The notes under the pieces were generated by a model that saw nothing but the letters and a program-made list of their open reading frames with translations, was not told where the DNA came from and made no database searches. Made by a program: the position numbers and the translations under genes. From an uncultured Acidobacteriota bacterium (GTDB lineage Bacteria; Acidobacteriota; JAQAZP01), in assembly GCA_963836075.1 (NCBI GenBank), contig CAWIIB010000009.1, forward strand, positions 3,424,001 through 3,488,000: a stretch of 64,000 nt of DNA. Direction: 5' to 3'. This document shows, piece by piece, positions 57,508 to 64,000 of the stretch. Every line of letters starts with the position of its first letter. Position 1 is the first letter of the stretch.

Positions 57508-58499
57508 ATGGGCCCGAAAATGGACGTTCGAGAAATCAACGAGAAAGTCAAGGAAGAGAGCGCCTTTGTGGAGTCGGTGTTCAACGAGGTGCGCAAGGTC
57601 ATCGTCGGCCAGGAGTACATGCTGGAGCGGATGCTGATCGGGATGCTCAGCGGTGGCCACATGCTGCTGGAGGGGGTGCCCGGCCTGGCCAAGACCCTGT
57701 CCGTCAGCACCTTTGCCCGCATCGTGGATACCGGGTTCAAGCGGATCCAGTTCACTCCGGACCTGCTGCCCGCCGACCTCATCGGCACCATGATCTACAA
57801 CCAGAAGGACGGGACCTTCACCCCCAAGAAGGGCCCGATCTTCTCCAACATCGTGCTGGCCGACGAGATCAACCGCGCGCCGGCCAAGGTGCAGAGCGCG
57901 CTGCTGGAGGCGATGCAGGAGCGGCAGGTCACCATCGGCGACACCACCTGGCCACTGGCCGAGCCGTTCCTGGTGCTGGCCACCCAGAACCCCATCGAGC
58001 AGGAGGGGACCTACCCCCTGCCCGAGGCCCAGGTGGACCGCTTCATGCTCAAGCTGAAGATCGACTACCCGGGCAAGCGCGAGGAGCGGCTGATCCTCGA
58101 CCGGATGACCGGCCTGGAACTCCCGTCGGTGAACGTTGTGGTCAGCCCGGAGGACATCGTCCGCACCCGGCAGACGGTGCACTCGATCTACATGGACGAC
58201 CGGATCAAGGACTACATCGTCGACCTGATCTTCGCCACCCGTGCGCCGGCCGACTACGGGCTCTCCGCGGAGCGGCTGATCCAGTACGGCGCTTCGCCCC
58301 GGGCCACCATCTACCTCACCCTGGCCTCCCGGGCCCACGCCTTTATCAAGGGGCGGGGCTACGTGACACCGGAGGACGTCAAGGCCGTGGGGCCCGATGT
58401 CCTGCGCCACCGGATCATCCTGACCTACGAGGCCGAGGCCGAGGAGATCACCACCGACCACATCGTGGGCCAGGTGCTCGACCGGTGGAAGTGCCCTGA
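57508..58499 (+). CDS. MoxR family AAA+ ATPase (apparent missing G at ~58484)
   Basis: EGVPGLAKT, RIQFTPDLLP, DEINRAPAK, ATQNPIEQEGTYPLPEAQ, GASPRA. The typical VEVP-stop end lies in the -1 frame (TGA 58497-58499). Confidence 0.93.
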
Positions 58500-58542
58500 G
58501 CGGCAGCCGGACGTCCCCCCAGACCCTCCAGCGGAGCGCGAG

Positions 58543-59481
58543 ATGTTCTTCCGACGTCGCCAGAAGAAGCAAGCCCGGACCGCCAGTGGTCCCGCCGCCG
58601 GCCAGTTGCCCGCCGAGGTCCTGAAAAAGGTCCGCCGGGTGGAGCTGAAGACCCGCCGCCTGGTCAACGAAAGCATGGCCGGTGAATACCACAGCGTGTT
58701 CAAGGGGCGGGGCATGGCCTTTGCCGAGGTGCGCGAATACCAGGCCGGGGACGACGTGCGCATCATCGACTGGAACGTCACCTCGCGGATGGGCCACCCC
58801 TACGTCAAGGTCTTCGATGAAGAACGCGAGCTGACGGTGATGCTGCTGGTGGATGCCAGTTCCTCGGGGGAGTTCGGCACCCAGGCGCAGCTCAAGCGCG
58901 AGATCGCGGCGGAGATCTCGGCACTGCTCGCCTTTTCGGCGATCAAGAACAACGACCGGGTGGGCCTGGTCATCTTCACCGACCGGGTGGAGAAGTTCAT
59001 TCCCCCCAAAAAGGGCCGGGACCACGTGCTGCGGGTGATCAGGGAACTGCTCTGCTTCTCGCCCGCCAGCCAGGGCACCGACATCGCCGCCGCCCTGGAA
59101 TACCTGAACCGGGTGCTGCGCAAGAAGAGCGTGGTGTTCCTCCTCTCCGACTTCATGGCCATGGAGTTCGACCGGCCGATGCGGCTGACCAACAAACGCC
59201 ACGACCTGGTGGCCATGTCGATCTCCGACCCCCGGGAGGTGGAGATGCCCAATGTGGGCCTGATCGAGCTGGAGGATGCCGAAACCGGCCGGCGAACCCT
59301 GGTGGACACTGCCGATGCGGGATTCCGCCGCCGCTACGGGGAGATTGCAGAAGGGCGCCGGGCGGATCTCAAGCGGCGGCTGGGGGCGATGGACGTGGAC
59401 CACGTGGACATCCGCACCGACGAACCGTACGACAAGCCGCTGATGCATTTTTTCCGCCGGCGGACACGGAAGATGCACTGA
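58543..59481 (+). CDS. DUF58 domain protein
   Basis: GEYHSVFKGRGMAFAEVREY..GDDVR.IDWNVT, EERE, NDRVGL, LSDF, DAETG. Confidence 0.92.
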   Translation: MFFRRRQKKQARTASGPAAGQLPAEVLKKVRRVELKTRRLVNESMAGEYHSVFKGRGMAFAEVREYQAGDDVRIIDWNVTSRMGHPYVKVFDEERELTVMLLVDASSSGEFGTQAQLKREIAAEISALLAFSAIKNNDRVGLVIFTDRVEKFIPPKKGRDHVLRVIRELLCFSPASQGTDIAAALEYLNRVLRKKSVVFLLSDFMAMEFDRPMRLTNKRHDLVAMSISDPREVEMPNVGLIELEDAETGRRTLVDTADAGFRRRYGEIAEGRRADLKRRLGAMDVDHVDIRTDEPYDKPLMHFFRRRTRKMH

Positions 59482-59491
59482 CTGGAGGACG

Positions 59492-60511
59492 ATGCAGATG
59501 CCCGGGCGCCACACAGCGATGGCCGGCAGGGGATGGCCGGGGGCCATGAGCAGGGCCATGGTTCTGGCGCTGGTGTGCCTGCTCTGTGCCGCGGGCGCGC
59601 CGCTGGCCGCACAGGAGAGCCCCGGGGGGGCCACCCTCAGCGGCACCGTCCAGCAGGGCCAGTGGACGGTGGGCGACCGCATCGGTTTCACCCTGGTGCT
59701 GGTGCACCCGCCGGGTCTCGTGGCGTCGCTGCCCGAAGTGGACAGCGAGCTGGGCCCCTTCCTGGTGCGCGACTTCGAGGATGGGGGCAGCCGCACCCTC
59801 GATGACGGCCGGCTGGAGCAGACCTGGCATTTCTGGCTCACCGCCTGGGAAACCGGCGACCTGGAAATCCCCCCGGTAACCGTGGCGCTCAGCGGTGGAA
59901 CCGGGGGCGTGGAGAAGGTGAGTTCGGCGGCGGTGGCCGTGACCGTCCTCTCGGTGATCGAGGGCGAGGTGGAGGACATCGCCGACCTGCGCCCGCCGGG
60001 TGAGGTCCCGTACAGTTTTGTTCCGCTGGCCATCTGGAGCGTTGCCGGTCTGGCCGCCCTGGCTGTCCTGCTCTGGCTCCGGGTCTGGTGGATCCGCCGC
60101 CGCCGGCAGGGCGCCCTGCGTGACGAGGCCAGCCGATTGCCCCCGCGCCAGCTGGCGATCCGGGAGCTGCAGCGGCTCACCGCATCCGACCTGTTGAAGC
60201 ATGACCGCTACAAGGATTTCTACATCGCCATCTCGGAGATCATCGACCGGCTGCTGCACGGCGCCCTGGGGGTTCCCACCGTGGAGCGCACGTCCGGGGA
60301 GATCATGCGCGACCTGCGTGAGCGGGCCGCGGGCACGCCGCTGGTGCCGGCCGCCGGCGAGTTTTTCGAGGCCTGCGACATGGTGAAGTTTTCCCGCCAC
60401 ATTCCCGGTGACGCCGAGAACAGCAGCATCATTGCTCTGGCCTACCAGCTGGTGGATCTGGCGGCGCCGGAAACCACCGGTCCGGCGCCCGGTGCGGGGG
60501 AGGTGAGCTAA
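59492..60511 (+). CDS. Membrane protein of the MoxR-Bat operon (BatD-like N-terminal beta domain)
   Basis: Signal peptide, TVGDRI, IPPVTV, single TM helix, ERTSGE, DMVKF. Confidence 0.8.
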   Translation: MQMPGRHTAMAGRGWPGAMSRAMVLALVCLLCAAGAPLAAQESPGGATLSGTVQQGQWTVGDRIGFTLVLVHPPGLVASLPEVDSELGPFLVRDFEDGGSRTLDDGRLEQTWHFWLTAWETGDLEIPPVTVALSGGTGGVEKVSSAAVAVTVLSVIEGEVEDIADLRPPGEVPYSFVPLAIWSVAGLAALAVLLWLRVWWIRRRRQGALRDEASRLPPRQLAIRELQRLTASDLLKHDRYKDFYIAISEIIDRLLHGALGVPTVERTSGEIMRDLRERAAGTPLVPAAGEFFEACDMVKFSRHIPGDAENSSIIALAYQLVDLAAPETTGPAPGAGEVS

Positions 60512-61530
60512 TGGAGAGCCAGTTCTACCGCTTCGTTTTCCCCGAGTTCCTCGCTGCCGGCGGTCTGTTGCTGGTTCTGCTGGGCTGGTGGCGCTGGTCC
60601 GGCCTCTTTCGCCGCAGCCGCGGCAACCTGCGCATCTCCAGCCTCGGGGTGGCGGCCAGTATCCGCCCCTCCGCCGCGGTGCGCCTGGTCCGCCTGGTGG
60701 ACATCCTCCGCCTGGTGGCCCTGGGGCTGATGGTGGTGGCCTTTGCCCGGCCCCAGGCCGGTGAACGCTACGAGGAACTGCTCACCGAGGGCATCGATAT
60801 CATTATCGCCCTCGACGTCTCCGGCTCCATGGCCGCGGTGGACTTCCGGCCCAAGACCAGGCTGGACGTGGCCAAGGAGGTCACCGCCGAGTTCATCGAG
60901 GGCCGGCAGACCGACCGCCTGGGCATGGTGGTCTACGCCGGGAAGAGTTTCACCCGCTGCCCGCTGACCCTCGACTACGGGGTGCTGCTCGATTTTCTCG
61001 AGGAGGTGGAGCTGGGCACGGTGAAGGAGGACGGCACCGCCATCGGCAACGCCCTGGTCACCGCCATCAACCGGCTGCGGGACGCCAGGGGGGAGAGCCG
61101 GGTGATCATCCTGCTCACCGACGGGATCAACAACGCCGGCCAGATCGATCCGCTCACCGCCGCCGACCTGGCCAAGGCGATGGACATCAAGATCTACACC
61201 ATCGGCGCCGGCAAGGACGGGCAGCCCTACTTCCTGGTGGATGACCCGATATTCGGCCAGCGCTACGTGCCGGGGGGCGAGCCGCTGATCCTCGACGAGG
61301 AGACGCTGGGCGAGGTGGCCCGGCGCACCGGCGGGCTCTACTTCCGGGCCAAGGACCCCGAGTCGCTGAGCCGCATCTTCGCCCGCATCGGCGAGATGGA
61401 GACCACCGGGGTGAAAACGAAACAGTACAGCCTGTTCACCGAGCTGGGACCGTGGTTCCTGCTGGGTGCGCTGGGGCTGCTGGTGCTGGCCACGCTGCTC
61501 TCCGGCACCAGGTTCCAGGTGGTGCCGTGA
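60511..61530 (+). CDS. batA: vWA-domain protein BatA
   Basis: ARPQ, DVSGSM MIDAS, GTAIG, LLTDG.NNAG, YFRA. Confidence 0.9.
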   Translation: MESQFYRFVFPEFLAAGGLLLVLLGWWRWSGLFRRSRGNLRISSLGVAASIRPSAAVRLVRLVDILRLVALGLMVVAFARPQAGERYEELLTEGIDIIIALDVSGSMAAVDFRPKTRLDVAKEVTAEFIEGRQTDRLGMVVYAGKSFTRCPLTLDYGVLLDFLEEVELGTVKEDGTAIGNALVTAINRLRDARGESRVIILLTDGINNAGQIDPLTAADLAKAMDIKIYTIGAGKDGQPYFLVDDPIFGQRYVPGGEPLILDEETLGEVARRTGGLYFRAKDPESLSRIFARIGEMETTGVKTKQYSLFTELGPWFLLGALGLLVLATLLSGTRFQVVP

Positions 61531-62558
61531 TGAGATTCGGATCCCCGGAATATCTCCATCTGCTCTGGCTGATCCCGCTGCTGGCCGGGTTTTTCGTCCT
61601 GGTGCGGCACCGGCGGAAGGTTCGCCTGGAGCGCTTTGCCGGCCACCAGCTGCTGGGCCGTCTGGTCCGCTCCGCCGGCGGCGAGCGCACGGTGATCCGC
61701 CACGTCCTCTTTCTCCTGGCCCTGACCTTTCTGATCCTCGCCGCGGCGCGTCCCATGTGGGGCATCCGGGTCAACGAGGTGGCCCGCCGCGGGGTGGACG
61801 TGATTATCGCCATGGACACCTCGTTGAGCATGGACGCCGAGGACGTCAAGCCCAGCCGGCTGCGCAAGGCCAAGCTGGAGATGACCGGGCTGGTGGACCG
61901 GCTGCGCGGGGACCGGGTGGGCCTGGTGGCCTTTGCCGGCTCAGCCTTTGTCCAGTGCCCGCTGACCCTCGATCACTCGGCGGCAAAAATGTTCCTCGAC
62001 ATCATGGACACCGGCCTGATCCCCCGGCCGGGCACGGCCATCGCCAGGGCCATCACCACCTCCATGGAGGCCTTCCGCAGCCGGGAACGCAAATACAAGG
62101 TGCTGGTGCTGCTCACCGACGGCGAGGACCACGAGGCCGACCCGGTGGCCGCGGCCCGGGCCGCGGCCGAGGAAGGGGTGGTGATCCACACCGTGGGCAT
62201 CGGTTCTCCGGCGGGCGAGCCGATCCCCATGCGGGACGAGCAGGGCCGGATCAGCGGCTACAAGAAGGACCGCAGCGGCGAGGTGGTCACTTCGCGTCTG
62301 GACGAGGAGACCCTGCGCGCCATCGCCCGGGCCACCGGCGGGATCTATGTTCGGGCCACCCAGGGCGAGGTGGAGCTGGACACCCTGGTGGCCGAGATCT
62401 CGGGTATGGAGAAACGGGAGCTGCAGTCGCGGATGCACACCGGGCTGGAGGAGCGTTTCCAGTATCCGCTGGCACTGGCTTTGCTGCTGCTGGTGGCCTG
62501 GCTGGCCATCCCCGACCTGGGGCGCCGGAGCCGCAGCCGCAAGGAGGATGGCAAATGA
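61530..62558 (+). CDS. batB: vWA-domain protein BatB
   Basis: ARPMWG, DTSLSM, PSRL, CPLTLD, TDGEDHE, VVTSRLDE, EERFQYPL. Confidence 0.9.
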   Translation: MRFGSPEYLHLLWLIPLLAGFFVLVRHRRKVRLERFAGHQLLGRLVRSAGGERTVIRHVLFLLALTFLILAAARPMWGIRVNEVARRGVDVIIAMDTSLSMDAEDVKPSRLRKAKLEMTGLVDRLRGDRVGLVAFAGSAFVQCPLTLDHSAAKMFLDIMDTGLIPRPGTAIARAITTSMEAFRSRERKYKVLVLLTDGEDHEADPVAAARAAAEEGVVIHTVGIGSPAGEPIPMRDEQGRISGYKKDRSGEVVTSRLDEETLRAIARATGGIYVRATQGEVELDTLVAEISGMEKRELQSRMHTGLEERFQYPLALALLLLVAWLAIPDLGRRSRSRKEDGK

Positions 62559-63486
62559 TCCGTATCTCCCCGACCAGGTGCATCACGTTCGGCGCCCTGC
62601 TGGCCGCTGTTTTCCTGCTCTGTGCCGCGCCACTGGTGGCCGGGCAGAACGAGGTGCGCAAGATCAACCGGCAGGGGAACCAGCTGTACACCGAGGACCA
62701 GTGGGCCGATGCCCTGGACCGCTACACCGCGGCCGGTGAGATCGACCCGGAGAACCCGGTGCTGCACTACAACCTGGGCAACGCCCTGTTCCGGCTGAAC
62801 GACCTGGACAAGGCCGAGACCCACTATCGCGTGGCCGCGGCGGCCGAGGACCCGGAGCTGGCCCGGCGGGCCCGTTTCAACCTCGGCAACACCGAGTTTC
62901 GCCGGGCCGAGACCCTGGAGGGCGCAGGGGACTGGCAGGGGCGTAACCAGTCCCTGACCCGCTCCATCGATCACTGGCGGTCGGTTCTGGATGCCGAACC
63001 GGACAACCGGGACGCCAAGCTCAACCTGGAACTGGCCCGCCGGAAGCTGCTCGAAGAACCACCGGAAAACAGCAGCAGCAACAGCAGGACCAACAGGACC
63101 AGCAGGAAGAAGAGCAGGACCAGGAGCAGGAGCAGGACCAGCAGGAGCAACAGCAGCAGGATCAGCAGGACCAGGAAGGGCAGGGCGGAGAGGAGCAGCA
63201 GGAGGAGCAGGAGGAAGAGGATCAGCAGCAGGAAGAACAAAAGGATCAGGACGAGCAGCAGGAAGATCAGCAACAGCAGGATCAGGAACAGCAGCAGGAA
63301 CAGCAACAAGAGGAGCAGCAGGATCAGGAGCAGCAGGATCAGGAGCAACAATTAGAGGAGATGCGCATCTCCCCCGAGGAGGCCCAGCGGATCCTCGACG
63401 CGTTGCGTGACGAGGAACTGGAGGAGCAGCGGCGGCAGATGGCCGAGCGCAAGGGCAAGGGCGGCTCAGCGGAGCGCGACTGGTAG
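62555..63486 (+). CDS. batC: TPR protein BatC with a Q/E/D-rich linker (apparent missing A at 63066-63069)
   Basis: Signal peptide; TPRs (YNLGNALF, FNLGN, DAKLNLELA). The -1 frame continues as a QQQDQQ linker and EAQRILDAL...ERDW-stop. Confidence 0.85.
63068..63352 (+). repeat. Low-complexity CAG/GAG coding repeat (Q/E/D linker)
   Basis: Degenerate cagcaggatcaggag repeats inside batC. Confidence 0.85.
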
Positions 63487-63519
63487 AGTAGAATGCCCTT
63501 GCGAGGGGAAGCAGTTGGA

Positions 63520-63612
63520 CCTGTCATTGCGAGGAGCCGCAGGCGACGAAGCAATCTCAAAGGCGCCGATATTGATGTAAGGAGATTGCTTCGCTACGCT
63601 CGCAATGACAGG
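63520..63612. repeat. Palindromic intergenic element (GTCATTGCGAG...GCAATC type)
   Basis: 14-bp outer IR CCTGTCATTGCGAG/CTCGCAATGACAGG and 12-bp inner IR CGAAGCAATCTC/GAGATTGCTTCG. Confidence 0.85.
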
Positions 63613-63628
63613 AGAGAAGGTTGGAACG

Positions 63629-64000
63629 GTGACAAGGGTATTGCAGATCGGGGTGGCACTGCTGGCGCTGCTGGCGCTCGTCTCCGTGGTCTGTCCGGCC
63701 GCTGATGACGGGATAACGGTGCGGGCCGAAGTGGATTCTCCCAAGGTGGGGCTGGACGACCAGTTCTCCTTCATCATCACCATTGACGGTGCGGCCCGCG
63801 GGGTGGAGGTGGCTCCGCTTCCCCGGTTGGAGGGGCTGTCGGTGCTTTCCGGGCCCAATGTGGGGCAGCAGAGCAGTTTCAGCATGGTGGGGGGCGGCTT
63901 CCAGCAGAAGACCGTCCTGACCCACACCTACCGCCTGCTGCCCGAGAAGACCGGCACCTTCACCATCCCCTCGGTCACCGTGACCTACGACGGCAAGACC
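63629..64000 (+). CDS. batD: BatD family protein, partial (runs off the right edge)
   Basis: GTG start; signal peptide, then ITVRAEVDSPKVGLDDQFSFIITI..VLSGP..YRLLPEKTGTFTIPS; position after batC. Confidence 0.8.
   Translation, partial: MTRVLQIGVALLALLALVSVVCPAADDGITVRAEVDSPKVGLDDQFSFIITIDGAARGVEVAPLPRLEGLSVLSGPNVGQQSSFSMVGGGFQQKTVLTHTYRLLPEKTGTFTIPSVTVTYDGKT

Noticed and set aside
57445-59481. Apparent novel MoxR-DUF58 fusion (678 aa in the ORF track)
   Set aside because: One extra G at 58484 restores the typical VEVP-stop end of MoxR (TGA 58497-58499), and DUF58 has its own ATG at 58543; most likely a sequencing artefact.
57385-60180. Very long antisense or overlapping ORFs (e.g. 57385-60180, 6695-8854, 36034-38133, 45574-47640, 50691-52661)
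   Set aside because: They are shadow frames of real genes in high-GC DNA, with no motifs and atypical composition.
63068-63352. Repetitive CAGCAGGA tract as a CRISPR array or VNTR, and the poly-Leu ORF on the minus strand
   Set aside because: It is the low-complexity Q/E/D linker of BatC; there is no repeat-spacer structure and no cas gene, and the poly-Leu ORF is its antisense shadow.

Overview
A GC-rich bacterial chromosome segment, mostly housekeeping and envelope genes. Gene content (lnt-prfB, rnc-DUF4416, RsbW/STAS pair, moxR-bat operon) is reminiscent of Acidobacteriota-like organisms; this is inference only. Left to right: a >999-codon secreted, lower-GC, glycoside-hydrolase-like ORF running off the left edge (absent from the ORF track); an S9 peptidase; TraB/GumN; a two-gene unit of an MprF/UPF0104-type flippase-like protein plus a 1527-aa acyl-adenylate ligase-(pseudo)kinase-GNAT fusion; hemE-hemN-hemH-hemY-hemA followed by an OmpR-type two-component system, with REP-like palindromes on both sides of the hem genes; a GT-C-like membrane protein with a divergent arylsulfotransferase; recN-coaD-larA-like-asnB; tandem Ysc84 paralogues; GT2 plus an aromatic amino acid decarboxylase; nfeD-stomatin-diguanylate cyclase-multiheme cytochrome-lnt-prfB (programmed frameshift)-ROK; PBP1A; uvrB-rnc-DUF4416; RsbW/STAS; rsmA-ftsK; an oxidoreductase; GT2 with a structured terminator-ended upstream RNA; and moxR-DUF58-batABCD. 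Five genes carry 1-2 nt indels that look like long-read homopolymer errors. I saw no tRNA, rRNA, CRISPR array or transposase. The best novelty candidates are the flippase + ligase-pseudokinase-GNAT unit, the candidate structured RNA at ~56.8-57.0 kb, and the heme operon with its own TCS and phased direct repeats.
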